From an uncultured delta proteobacterium (GTDB taxonomy: Bacteria; Desulfobacterota; Syntrophia; Syntrophales; Smithellaceae), in assembly GCA_963753975.1 (NCBI GenBank), contig CAVWEH010000001.1, forward strand, positions 354,323-418,322: a stretch of DNA of 64,000 nt, given 5' to 3'. The position numbers were made by a program, and so were the translations under genes. Every line of letters begins with the position of its first letter. Position 1 is the stretch's first letter. The notes beneath the pieces were generated by a model. The model made no database searches. It saw only the letters and a list, made by a program, of their open reading frames with translations, and was not told the origin of the DNA. This document shows positions 10,576 through 20,421 of the stretch, one piece after another.

Positions 10576-11097
10576 TTAGTTGTACATTCCCATACCCGGA
10601 CCAAAGCCGTCATGGCCTCGCATACCGCCGCGGGGTCCAAAACCGGGACCTCTACCCCAGCGAGAATTTGCCAGTTTTTCATTTTGTTCGGGTGTCAATA
10701 CTTTGCGAATTTCCAGTTTTAATGCTGTATTTTTATCCTCGATGTTATCACGTAAAGCTCTCAATTCTTTCTGGGCCGCGTTAATCTTATCCTTACTCGG
10801 ATTAGCCTTTAACCACTCTCTACGCAATTCCACGGATTTATCAAACATTTTTTCTCGAAGCGGTCTTACTGCTTTATAATTGGCATCTTGCAGTGCTTCG
10901 ATTTTTGCATTTTGCTCAGTTGTTAGATCCAAATTCCACAATGCGGGGTTGCCGCAATAGCCGTAGCTTCTGCCGTCACCGTAGCCCGTATTTCCGCCGG
11001 GGCCTCTGCCATCACGAGGGCCGCCAAAAGCAAATGCCGATGCACCCAAAAGCAGGCCCAGCCCGACTACCGTCGATACAAGTATTAATTTTTTCAT
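10576..11097 (-). CDS. Spy/CpxP/ZraP family periplasmic protein
   Basis: Signal peptide MKKLILV...AFA, LTTEQ and LTPEQ (LTxxQ) motifs, Gly/Met-rich tails. RBS AAGGAG. Divergent from a ZraSR-like pair. Confidence 0.88.
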   Translation of the reverse strand: MKKLILVSTVVGLGLLLGASAFAFGGPRDGRGPGGNTGYGDGRSYGYCGNPALWNLDLTTEQNAKIEALQDANYKAVRPLREKMFDKSVELRREWLKANPSKDKINAAQKELRALRDNIEDKNTALKLEIRKVLTPEQNEKLANSRWGRGPGFGPRGGMRGHDGFGPGMGMYN

Positions 11098-11138
11098 AAT
11101 CAATCTCCTTTCGCGAGTGTTAAGTTAATTAATTGCGT

Positions 11139-11309
11139 CTAAGTGAGGTGTCTTATGACAGCCTCCATATTCATTAACTTACTGAAATTAAAAGATAAAC
11201 AGGCAACAACTATATATTCCATCATTAATCTTCGAGACGCAAATGGATAATATTTGTTGAGCAAAGAGGCGATTAAGCAGGCGATCAATGTCAATATTAG
11301 CTTTTTCAT
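11139..11309 (-). CDS. Small hydrophobic hypothetical protein (56 aa)
   Basis: AGGAGG RBS then MKKLILTLIACLIASLLNKYYPFASRRLMMEYIVVACLSFNFSKLMNMEAVIRHLT*. First ORF after a sigma-54 promoter. Confidence 0.55.
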   Translation of the reverse strand: MKKLILTLIACLIASLLNKYYPFASRRLMMEYIVVACLSFNFSKLMNMEAVIRHLT

Positions 11310-11357
11310 ATCAACCTCCTTGTTGCGCTATCTTTAGATTCAGTTAACGTGTTGTAG

Positions 11358-11374
11358 AGCAAGGCTTATGCCAA
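11358..11374 (-). promoter_or_regulatory. Sigma-54 (-24/-12) promoter
   Basis: Minus strand TTGGCAT-AAGCC-TTGCT matches TGGCAC-N5-TTGC. Confidence 0.85.
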
Positions 11375-11458
11375 TGATGCTCTCATTAGCCAACAGTCCG
11401 TAATCACGAGATTAATAACGAATGAGTCAATTCCTCATTGAAATATTTCGTCAATAAG

Positions 11459-11507
11459 TGGATAATATTTATCCAAGAAGAGTATCCATCTGGGTACATC
11501 GTATCCA
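11459..11507. promoter_or_regulatory. Paired palindromic enhancer (UAS) sites, likely for the ZraR-like activator
   Basis: TGGATAA-TAT-TTATCCA (11459-11475) and TGGGTAC-ATC-GTATCCA (11491-11507), 32 bp apart, upstream of the sigma-54 promoter. Confidence 0.6.
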
Positions 11508-11527
11508 GCAACTAATGGAGATTTGGA

Positions 11528-13246
11528 ATGACCACTAAAACCAAAAAAAGATTCTGGTTTGATTTTTCCGTTTGGGCGGTAATTGGCGCCATAGCCGTAA
11601 TGGCTATTGTGTCCGCGGTAATGGCTCTCGCGCATTTTCAGCGCCAGAAAGAACAAGCAGTCGAACTCCTGATAGAGAAGGGTGCGACACTCATTCGGTC
11701 GTTTGAAGCCGGTCTGCGCAATCCTTTAAGTATGAAGGAGGGGACATTTGGGCTGCAAAAATTATTAATAGAAACAGCCCAGCAGCCGGATATTGATTAC
11801 ATCATCGTAGCCGCGAGCAATGGCGATATAATCGCCGACAGTGATCCTTCTCACGTGGGTGATAAATATGGTTTGGATTTGGATCGTGCCCACATCGCTC
11901 TATCCAAAGAGATTCAGTGGCGACAGGTTACTAATCCCGGAGGCGCGGGCACTTTCGAAGTTTATCGCGGCTTTTTCCCGCTGGAAAAATATGCCGAAGA
12001 TAAAACCTCATCCCAAAGCAAAGAAATTAATAATTTGATTATCTATGTTGGCCTGAATATGGCGGCCATAGAAAAAGCGACTAAAGAAGACACGCGAAAT
12101 ACCATTATAATTGCGCTTATTCTTTTGTTAATAGGATCTTCGGCAATAGTCTCTCTTTTTCTGGCTCAGGCCTATCGTCTGACTCGTACTTCTCTTTCCC
12201 GCATTAAAGTATTTTCGGAAGCACTGGTAAAAAATATGCCTATCGGCCTTATTGCGCTGGATAACAACGATCAGATTGTTACTTGCAACGAAAAAGCGCA
12301 AGTGATTTTAAATGTTGCTTACAGTGATGCTTTGGGAAAAAAAGCTTCGGCGATTTTACCGGAACCCTTGAAAAATTTATTGGCGGAACTTCCCGAAGAA
12401 GGCGGCTTACTAGAGAGGGACATTAAATTAACTTCTCCGGAGGGGAAGGATCAAATCTGGGAAATCATTGCCGCCGGCCTCATGGATGAGGGAATTTCCG
12501 CGGGAAGGATATTGCTGGTGCACGATGCTACGGCAATCCGGGAACTGGAAAAAGAAGTAACGAAAAGTCGTCATTTGACTTCTATCGGATCTCTGGCTGC
12601 CGGTGTTGCCCATGAAATAAGAAATCCGCTCAGTTCAATTAAAGGGTTTGCGGTATATCTGAAAGAAAAGTTATCCGGCAATATCGAAGACAAAAAAACA
12701 GCGGAAATTATGATCCAAGAAGTCGAAAGGCTCAACCGCGTGATCAGTCAGCTTATAGAATTTGCCCGTCCTCTGGAATTAAAGAAAGAGAAAACGAGAT
12801 TTTCGGATTTGGTAAAACATACATTAAAATTAATTAACACTGAAGCACAAAAAAATAAAATCACTATTGATATGGAAATTGATGATGACGCACCGCTGAT
12901 CGAAGTTGATCCCGATAAAATTAAGCAAGTGCTTCTCAATATTTTTCTCAATGCACTGGCCGCTATGAAAAAAGGCGGTAAGCTTGTGATTATGCTTTTG
13001 CCGGGGAAAAGTTATCTTTCCGTTATAATTTCCGATACCGGCGTGGGAATAGAGAAAACGGATTTGCCTCGAATTTACGATCCTTATTTTACATCGAAAC
13101 CGGCGGGAACAGGCCTGGGTCTGGCCGTTGTGCAAAAAATAATGGAGGCGCACGGAGGTCATATTAAAGCGGAAAGCACGGCCGGACAAGGGACAAAGAT
13201 ATTCCTGATTTTTCCATTTTCTGATACCGGTAAAAAGGAAGCATAG
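11528..13246 (+). CDS. Sensor histidine kinase, ZraS/HydH-like (two TM segments, PAS, HisKA, HATPase)
   Basis: H-box AAGVAHEIRNPL, N-box NIFLNA, DTGVG, PYFTSK, GTGLGL. Confidence 0.92.
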   Translation: MTTKTKKRFWFDFSVWAVIGAIAVMAIVSAVMALAHFQRQKEQAVELLIEKGATLIRSFEAGLRNPLSMKEGTFGLQKLLIETAQQPDIDYIIVAASNGDIIADSDPSHVGDKYGLDLDRAHIALSKEIQWRQVTNPGGAGTFEVYRGFFPLEKYAEDKTSSQSKEINNLIIYVGLNMAAIEKATKEDTRNTIIIALILLLIGSSAIVSLFLAQAYRLTRTSLSRIKVFSEALVKNMPIGLIALDNNDQIVTCNEKAQVILNVAYSDALGKKASAILPEPLKNLLAELPEEGGLLERDIKLTSPEGKDQIWEIIAAGLMDEGISAGRILLVHDATAIRELEKEVTKSRHLTSIGSLAAGVAHEIRNPLSSIKGFAVYLKEKLSGNIEDKKTAEIMIQEVERLNRVISQLIEFARPLELKKEKTRFSDLVKHTLKLINTEAQKNKITIDMEIDDDAPLIEVDPDKIKQVLLNIFLNALAAMKKGGKLVIMLLPGKSYLSVIISDTGVGIEKTDLPRIYDPYFTSKPAGTGLGLAVVQKIMEAHGGHIKAESTAGQGTKIFLIFPFSDTGKKEA

Positions 13247-14611
13247 ATGAAATCTGATCAATCAATTTTGATCGTGGATGATGATCTTGCTCACCGCGTT
13301 ATGCTCAAAAAATTGTTGAGTGGCTGGGGTTATCAGGTTTACGAGGCCGATGACGGATCAGGCGCGATTGACAAAGTACGCCAAACATCTTTTGATTTGA
13401 TTTTAATGGACATCCGGATGCTCGATATTTCGGGAATTGAGGCTCTGGAACAAATTAAAATTATCAATCCGGCAATTCCCGTGATTATTATGACAGCCTA
13501 CGCTTCCGTGGAGACGGCGGTAACCGCCCTGAAAAAAGGCGCTTATGATTATCTTACCAAGCCCTTGGATTTTGACGAACTCAAAATCGTTATCAGTCGT
13601 GCTACGGAGCATAATCGGCTCAAAAAAGAAAACGAATACTTAAAAGTAAGGCTGGGCGAGCAGTTTGACCGGCAAAACTTGATTGGTCAGAGCCCATCAA
13701 TGATAAAGCTTTTGGATACAGTCGCGCAGGTGGCGGCGACGGAAGCCACCATTTTGATTACCGGTGAATCGGGGACGGGCAAGGAAGTAATTGCCAATGC
13801 TATTCATTACAACAGCTTCCGCAAAGATGCGCCGTTCATTAAGATTAATTGTGCGGCGTTGACAGAAACGCTTTTAGAATCCGAGCTATTCGGCCATGAA
13901 AAAGGCGCTTTTACCGGTGCGGACCGACGCCGGGAGGGAAAATTTCGTCAGGCGGAGGGCGGCAGTCTATTCTTAGATGAAGTGAGCGAAATGTCGCCGT
14001 CGATGCAGGTGAAGCTTTTAAGAGTTATACAGGAAAGGGAATTGACGCGCGTGGGCGGGGCGGAAGTCATCAAAGTCAATGTCCGGTTGATTGCCGCCTC
14101 GAATAAGGATTTAAAAAAGGAGATGGATAACGGCCGTTTCCGCGAGGATTTATTTTACCGGCTCAATGTTGTTGGCTTGAATGTGCCGCCGCTCCGGGAA
14201 AGAAAGGAAGACATACCGATACTGGCGCAGCATTTTCTGCAACAATTTGGGGCTCAGAATTCCAAAAAAATAAAAGGCTTTACTCCGCAAGCGATGGAGA
14301 AGCTCTTAAAATATAGTTGGCCGGGAAACATCCGGGAACTGATGAATGCGATAGAGAGGGCAGTGGTTCTGTCGGGCAATGAATATCTTGATGCCGAAGA
14401 GTTGGCACTAATGACGGCAGACAATTCTCGCGATGTTAAGTCTCTCGAAAATAAGCTGTCGGAGAATTTACAATTGGAAGAGGTGGAGAAAAGAACAATA
14501 ATAGATGCGCTGGCAGCGGCGCGCGGCAATAAAAGCGAAGCCGCCCGCAGGCTGGGCATAACCCGTAAGACGCTGCGTAAAAAATTGGAAAAATACAAAA
14601 ATATCGTTTGA
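13247..14611 (+). CDS. Sigma-54-dependent response regulator, ZraR/NtrC family
   Basis: REC domain, GESGTGKE, GAFTGA, WPGNIREL, Fis-type HTH. Confidence 0.95.
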   Translation: MKSDQSILIVDDDLAHRVMLKKLLSGWGYQVYEADDGSGAIDKVRQTSFDLILMDIRMLDISGIEALEQIKIINPAIPVIIMTAYASVETAVTALKKGAYDYLTKPLDFDELKIVISRATEHNRLKKENEYLKVRLGEQFDRQNLIGQSPSMIKLLDTVAQVAATEATILITGESGTGKEVIANAIHYNSFRKDAPFIKINCAALTETLLESELFGHEKGAFTGADRRREGKFRQAEGGSLFLDEVSEMSPSMQVKLLRVIQERELTRVGGAEVIKVNVRLIAASNKDLKKEMDNGRFREDLFYRLNVVGLNVPPLRERKEDIPILAQHFLQQFGAQNSKKIKGFTPQAMEKLLKYSWPGNIRELMNAIERAVVLSGNEYLDAEELALMTADNSRDVKSLENKLSENLQLEEVEKRTIIDALAAARGNKSEAARRLGITRKTLRKKLEKYKNIV

Positions 14612-14788
14612 TAACTGTTTCTTGCTGAAAGATGATTGAATTGATAACAAAATCGCCTATAAAGGAGAATTGTTTTCCTAAATATTTGCTTGTAATGAAA
14701 AGAAATATTAGTTAATAAACCAAGTCGATTAATTGGAGATTGTGACCTAATGCAATATCCTTTGTGTTGTTAGAAATTGGGGGGATAG

Positions 14789-15724
14789 ATGGGAGAAGGA
14801 ATCAACGATTACACAAAAAACATTGTAGATTTAAGACGGCATATGTGGATGGCCGGCGTGGAAGAGGAATTGCGGCGTCTTATCTGGCAAATTGCCGTTG
14901 TCGGCAAGTATATATCCGCGAAAATACATGAGGCCAACCGGAAACTGGTCGGATTCAAAAATATTTACGGTGAAGATCAACTTACCCTAGATCGCGCCGC
15001 GGATGAAATTTTGAAAAGTCAATTGCAATTTTCCGGGTTTGTGCGCGAGTATGCTTCTGAAGAGCAAGAAAAGATAATAAAGATTGGTTCCGGTAAAGAA
15101 AAATATATAGTTACTGCGGATCCGCTTGATGGTTCATCGCTTGTGGAAACCAATCTAGCCATTGGCACTATTATCGGCATCCACAAGGAATCCATTTTGG
15201 ATACCGGTAAAAATACGATGGTAGCGGCGCTCTATATTACTTATGGACCGCTGATTACAATGATTTATTCGGCGGGCAAAGGCGCTCACGAGTTCGTTCT
15301 CAATCGCGAAGGCGAGTATGTTCTCGCACAGGAAAAGATTAAAGTAAAAGAGAAAGGATCTATCTTCTCTCCCGGTGGATTGCGCTGTGATTGGATACCG
15401 GCACATCTTAAGTTTATCGACCAGTTGGAAAAAGAGGGCTACAAATTGCGTTACAGCGGCGGATTTGTTCCCGACATCAATCAATTATTAATAAAGAGGG
15501 GTGGCGTGTTTACTTATCCGGCGTTACAAAAATCTCCTCAGGGTAAGTTGCGGCTCCTGTTTGAATTGCAGCCCATGGCGTTTATTATGGAGCAAGCAGG
15601 AGGCCTTGCTACTGACGGCAAGGAAGATATTCTCACTTTGAAAGTGGAAAATGTTCATCAATGCTCGCCAGTTTATATCGGCAGTTCCGCAGAAGTGCAA
15701 ATGGCCGCGCAATTCCTGTCGTGA
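14789..15724 (+). CDS. fbp: Class 1 fructose-1,6-bisphosphatase
   Basis: SEE, DPLDGSS, LRYSGGFVPD, GKLRLLFELQPMA. Confidence 0.95.
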   Translation: MGEGINDYTKNIVDLRRHMWMAGVEEELRRLIWQIAVVGKYISAKIHEANRKLVGFKNIYGEDQLTLDRAADEILKSQLQFSGFVREYASEEQEKIIKIGSGKEKYIVTADPLDGSSLVETNLAIGTIIGIHKESILDTGKNTMVAALYITYGPLITMIYSAGKGAHEFVLNREGEYVLAQEKIKVKEKGSIFSPGGLRCDWIPAHLKFIDQLEKEGYKLRYSGGFVPDINQLLIKRGGVFTYPALQKSPQGKLRLLFELQPMAFIMEQAGGLATDGKEDILTLKVENVHQCSPVYIGSSAEVQMAAQFLS

Positions 15725-15850
15725 TAGTTACTAAAATATTCTATCTGTAAGGAATTGAATGAATTGCTGCAAACCTTATGACCTGATAGGGAAAATATAT
15801 TTGATGAATATTTTTATCAGTAATGTACCGTCAAAACAGGGTTATTGGTT

Positions 15851-16723
15851 ATGATATATGAAAGCAGACCGGCGAGTATTACAGATCACTTTTATTGCCT
15901 TGGGCCGGTTTCCGTTCCGTCATTTCTTCTGGACGGGGATCATCCAATAATGTTTGATGCGGGTATATATATTTTTGGAGAATACTATCTTCGAGAATTA
16001 CTTCGTATAATGGGTGACAGGAGGCCGGAATATCTGTTTCTAACCCATGTGCATTTTGATCACTGCGGCGCTGCCGGATTTCTCAAAAGAGTTATGCCGG
16101 AAATGAAGATAGGCGCTTCCCGTGAGGCGAGCGAGATAATAAAAAAGCCGTCTGCTGTTGGGCTGATTAAAAAGCTCAATACCTTCGCACAGGACGGCAA
16201 AGTTTATTTCGAACCATTTGCAATAGACTTTATACTTAATGATGGTGACGTGATACAAGTTGCGAATAATCTCAGCGTAAAAGTAATAAAGACCCCTGGC
16301 CATACCAGGGACATGCTGAGTTTCTACATACCTGAACAAAAAATATTGATACCATCTGAATCTATTGGTATGCCCGCGTTAGGTGAATATATTTTCAGCG
16401 AATTTTTGACCGACTATTATGTGTATTTGGATTCGCTAAAAAAGCTTGCAAATTATGATGTGGACATTTTGGTGCTCGCGCACGCCTTATATTACACAGG
16501 GGAGGATGCCAAATCCTATATGCCGCGGGCGATTGAACATACACAGAGATTTCGCGAAAAAATGGAAAAGCTCTTAAAGAAATATGATAATGATTTTGAA
16601 ACCATTGCTTCAATCATCAGAAAAGAGGAATATGATCCGCTCGTTGGCGACAAACAACCCGAGCAGGCCTATTTGCTTAATTTGTACGCCAAAATCAAGG
16701 CAATCAAAAGGATTATGAATTAA
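15851..16723 (+). CDS. Metallo-beta-lactamase fold hydrolase
   Basis: THVHFDHCG and TPGHT motifs. Confidence 0.85.
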   Translation: MIYESRPASITDHFYCLGPVSVPSFLLDGDHPIMFDAGIYIFGEYYLRELLRIMGDRRPEYLFLTHVHFDHCGAAGFLKRVMPEMKIGASREASEIIKKPSAVGLIKKLNTFAQDGKVYFEPFAIDFILNDGDVIQVANNLSVKVIKTPGHTRDMLSFYIPEQKILIPSESIGMPALGEYIFSEFLTDYYVYLDSLKKLANYDVDILVLAHALYYTGEDAKSYMPRAIEHTQRFREKMEKLLKKYDNDFETIASIIRKEEYDPLVGDKQPEQAYLLNLYAKIKAIKRIMN

Positions 16724-16765
16724 TTATTAATGGTGTGTATATAATATTATATTAAGGGAGTGCTT

Positions 16766-18160
16766 ATGATTTTTGAAAATAAAAACCAACTAAAAGATAA
16801 ATGCGCACCGATTATTAAATTGGATGGCAGCGATATCCACATTTTGGATGAGGCAAAGTTAAAAAACGAACTTATTGATGATTTGATTTATACAGCCGTA
16901 TTTAGTCCGGATCGGGCAACACAGGAAGCCGTCTGCTGGCTTATTCGGCGTGCGGCAGTTGCTCTGGGAATTATGCCTGCTTCCATTCAATCCTTCTATG
17001 AGGCAATGGGACGCGGAGAATTGAAGGGATTCACTGTTCCGGCGATTAATATCCGGGGGATAACTTACGATGTTGCCCAAGCGGTTTTTCGTGCGGTAAT
17101 AAAAGGGCAAGCAGGACCGGTTATTTTCGAAATTGCCCGTTCGGAAATTGGTTACACCTCGCAAAAACCTTTGGAATATGCCTGCGCTGTGCAGGCTGCT
17201 GCAATTAAAACAGGATATCGCGGCCCTATTTTTTTGCAGGGAGATCATTTTCAGGTGGACAACAGAAAATTTTCCGTTGATGCCGCTAAAGAAACACAAA
17301 CAATAAAAAATTTAATTTGGGAAGCAATTGATGCTGGTTTTTATAATATTGATATTGATACCTCTACGTTGGTTGATTTATCGAAAACAACCGTTAAAGA
17401 GCAGCAAAAGACAAATTACACACTGGCGGCAGAGCTCACAACGATGATCCGTGATTTGGAGCCGGAAGAAGTTACTATTTCCGTTGGTGGAGAGATCGGC
17501 GAGGTCGGCGGGAAAAACAGCACCGTGGAAGAACTGCGGGCTTTTATGGGTGGATACCTTGCAGAACTCAAAAAGCGAGGCTCAGCTCTTACAGGTATAA
17601 GCAAGATTAGCATTCAAACGGGCACAACACACGGCGGCGTTCCTCTGGCAGATGGGAGCGTAGCAAAAGTAAAAATAGATTTTGATGTCCTGAAAAAGTT
17701 ATCCGAATTGGCGCGGTCCCAATACGGTTTGGCCGGAGCTGTTCAGCATGGTGCGTCCACTCTTCCTGATGAAGCGTTTGATAAATTTCCGGCGGTCGGT
17801 GCCGCGGAAATTCATCTGGCTACCGGCTTCCAGAACATTATTTACGATAGCGACAGCTTCCCCAAAGACCTGCGGGAAAAAATATACAAATATTTAAAAA
17901 CGAAATTGAAAGACGAATGGAAAGAAAAAGATACCGAAGAACAGTTCATCTATAAAACCCGTAAAAAAGGCTTTGGACATTTCAAATTGGAAATGTGGCA
18001 TTTGCCGGAAAAAACGCGCGAAAAACTCGGTACTGAATTGGAAAAACAGTTTTCTTTCCTGTTCGAAAAACTAAAAGTGGCCAAAAAGCAAGAAATCGTA
18101 AAAAAATATATACAACCGGTAGATGTGCATTTAGAGATGCCTGCGGTCTTTAAAGGTTAA
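16766..18160 (+). CDS. Class II fructose-bisphosphate aldolase family protein
   Basis: VPAINIR, QGDH, GEIGEVGG, GTTHGG, VQHGAS. Clustered with fbp. Confidence 0.88.
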   Translation: MIFENKNQLKDKCAPIIKLDGSDIHILDEAKLKNELIDDLIYTAVFSPDRATQEAVCWLIRRAAVALGIMPASIQSFYEAMGRGELKGFTVPAINIRGITYDVAQAVFRAVIKGQAGPVIFEIARSEIGYTSQKPLEYACAVQAAAIKTGYRGPIFLQGDHFQVDNRKFSVDAAKETQTIKNLIWEAIDAGFYNIDIDTSTLVDLSKTTVKEQQKTNYTLAAELTTMIRDLEPEEVTISVGGEIGEVGGKNSTVEELRAFMGGYLAELKKRGSALTGISKISIQTGTTHGGVPLADGSVAKVKIDFDVLKKLSELARSQYGLAGAVQHGASTLPDEAFDKFPAVGAAEIHLATGFQNIIYDSDSFPKDLREKIYKYLKTKLKDEWKEKDTEEQFIYKTRKKGFGHFKLEMWHLPEKTREKLGTELEKQFSFLFEKLKVAKKQEIVKKYIQPVDVHLEMPAVFKG

Positions 18161-18182
18161 GTTTTTCCCGTGGTCTAAATGG

Positions 18183-19211
18183 ATGAAGGCGGTAATCTTA
18201 GAAAAAATAGCCAGTTTAAAAGAAGACAAAAAGCCGCTGAAGCAGGTTCAATGGCCTGAGCCTGTGATAGCGGACAAGGACATTTTGGTAAAAGTTTCCA
18301 CCTGCGGTGTTTGCCATACGGAATTAGATGAAATTGAAGGGAGAACGCCACCGCCTTGTTTCCCCATTATTTTAGGACATCAGATTGTCGGCATTGTTGT
18401 TGAACGCGGGAGGGGTGCAAGGAAATTTGGGCTTGGCGCAAGGGTCGGCATCGGCTGGATTAATTCTGCCTGCGGTAAATGTCGGGCGTGTCTTTCCGGA
18501 AACGAAAATCTCTGCGATGATTTCCAGGCAACCGGCCGGGATGTTGACGGCGGTTACGCCGAATATGTCAAGGTGAGCGAAGATTTCGCTTTTGCCATAC
18601 CCAAAATTTTTTCTGACACGCAAGCGGCGCCGCTTTTATGCGCCGGGGCTGTAGGATATCGGTCACTCTGTCTTACGAATCTTATTGACGGTCAGCGTCT
18701 CGGATTAACGGGATTTGGCGCTTCTGCTCATCTGGTTTTAAAATTGTCCAGCTATCTTTGCCCCCATTCTAAAATATTTGTTTTCGCCCGCAGTGAACGG
18801 GAGCGCAGTTTTGCTCGGGAATTGGGTGCTGTCTGGGCGGGAGATATTAGTGAGGAATCGCCGAAAAAACTTCATGCCATTATCGATACAACACCGGTGT
18901 GGGGACCGGTTGTGGAAGCTCTGAAAATTCTCACCCCTGGTGGACGGTTGGTTATAAACGCGATACGCAAAGAAGAAACGGACAAAGAGTATTTGTTGAA
19001 TTTGGACTATTCGCAACACATCTGGCAGGAAAAGGAAATAAAAAGTGTGGCCAACGTAACACGTAAAGACATCGAAGAGTTTTTAACTCTGGCGGCAAAA
19101 ATTCCGATAATACCGGAAGTCGAAGAGTATCCTCTGACGGAAGCCAACCGCGCTCTGATGGAATTGAAAGAGGGGAAGATCAAAGGTGCTAAAGTGCTGA
19201 GGCTTACCTAG
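18183..19211 (+). CDS. Zinc-dependent alcohol dehydrogenase family protein
   Basis: CGVCHTE, GHQ, CGKCRAC...C structural Zn site, APLLCAG, GFGASA. Confidence 0.92.
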   Translation: MKAVILEKIASLKEDKKPLKQVQWPEPVIADKDILVKVSTCGVCHTELDEIEGRTPPPCFPIILGHQIVGIVVERGRGARKFGLGARVGIGWINSACGKCRACLSGNENLCDDFQATGRDVDGGYAEYVKVSEDFAFAIPKIFSDTQAAPLLCAGAVGYRSLCLTNLIDGQRLGLTGFGASAHLVLKLSSYLCPHSKIFVFARSERERSFARELGAVWAGDISEESPKKLHAIIDTTPVWGPVVEALKILTPGGRLVINAIRKEETDKEYLLNLDYSQHIWQEKEIKSVANVTRKDIEEFLTLAAKIPIIPEVEEYPLTEANRALMELKEGKIKGAKVLRLT

Positions 19212-19248
19212 TATAGAGCGTCTAACACTTCCTTACATAAGGCACATT

Positions 19249-19429
19249 CTGAAAAACGGCTCTCTCGTGCTCAGAATCTTTTTACGACCACGCAGCCTCT
19301 CGCTACACTGCCAAAGCAAAACTCGTCCGGCTGAAGCGGACTCAAACATTTGCTTTGGCGGTCATTGCGCTACGAGGGCATGGTGCCCGTAAAAAGCTTA
19401 ATTCGCACTCCATGAGCCATATTTTTCAG
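19249..19429. repeat. Long nested imperfect palindrome (REP/REPIN-like) between convergent genes
   Basis: Paired arms CTGAAAAA/TTTTTCAG, GGCTC/GAGCC, CTTTTTACG/CGTAAAAAG, GCCAAAGCAAA/TTTGCTTTGGC, with apical GTCCG...CGGAC. Confidence 0.75.
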
Positions 19430-19472
19430 CTAATTCACCATTCCTCGGACAAGTAATTTATCAAACACCGCA

Positions 19473-20318
19473 CTAACTTTTCTCCTGCCAGCTGACTATA
19501 TAATCAAGCGACGTTTCTCTCGGAGCATTAGGGTCAACTTGCCAAATTCCTGCGAGTCCTTGTTCGCGCGCGGTTATTTCAAAGTGGCTCATCGCGATGC
19601 CCATGTCAATATCTTGCAGGGAAACTCCACGCAGCAAATTATAGCCGAAAGTGCGTGAAAGATAGAAATGGAAAGTATTTTTATCGGTATTCAGCAAAAT
19701 CCTCCAGGGCTGCTTGTTGGAGGCGGAAGGTGCCAGACGCAGATTCTCCAGTGCTTCGCAATATTTTCCCGCCTGCTCTTGAGTCAAAGACATTGCAATA
19801 TCATTGGCAAAGAAAATATCCGGCCAGGGTTTTCTGTTGTCCGATCCAGCAATACGGCGCATAATTTTTTCCGTGAACGATCTTTCTTCAGCCGGATAAC
19901 CTATCGGACTTACGGTGGGCAACATTTGATCTTCCTGCAAATTAACTGCTTGGGCAAAGCCGCTGGCTTTAAAAGTTCCGCCCAGCCAACACGTCCCCAA
20001 TCCCAAGGCAGTCGCTTTGAGGATTAATGTTTCCTTACAGTAGCCGTAATCTTCCATCGCCAAAGGACTTTTTCTCGTGGTCCCTACCAGAAAATAGCGG
20101 GCGTTCTTAATGACGCTATATGTGCCCAGCGTTTTCCATTCCCGCGGCGTTAAATTGTCCGTATGGATTAATTTAAATGTTGATTGATTGCCGAATGGTC
20201 CTGTATGGGCGGCACTGATTTGCAAAGAGAGCTCATGCAGCACTTTATCTTCAAGAAGTCTGTCCGAATATGATCTACAAGATATACGTTTTTTGATAAC
20301 TTCACTTAATGCGGCCAT
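19473..20318 (-). CDS. Nitroreductase family protein (two-domain)
   Basis: RISCRSY, LGLGTCWLGG, LAPSASNKQPWR, IDMGIAMSHF. Confidence 0.9.
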   Translation of the reverse strand: MAALSEVIKKRISCRSYSDRLLEDKVLHELSLQISAAHTGPFGNQSTFKLIHTDNLTPREWKTLGTYSVIKNARYFLVGTTRKSPLAMEDYGYCKETLILKATALGLGTCWLGGTFKASGFAQAVNLQEDQMLPTVSPIGYPAEERSFTEKIMRRIAGSDNRKPWPDIFFANDIAMSLTQEQAGKYCEALENLRLAPSASNKQPWRILLNTDKNTFHFYLSRTFGYNLLRGVSLQDIDMGIAMSHFEITAREQGLAGIWQVDPNAPRETSLDYIVSWQEKS

Positions 20319-20421
20319 AGATTCTCCATCAAAATTGTTGTTGGCAAATCGCTTTTGTAAAGGTAATATAAGTATATATAAAATATTTGCATAAAGATAG
20401 GTTGGCGTTTTGGGGAGTACT

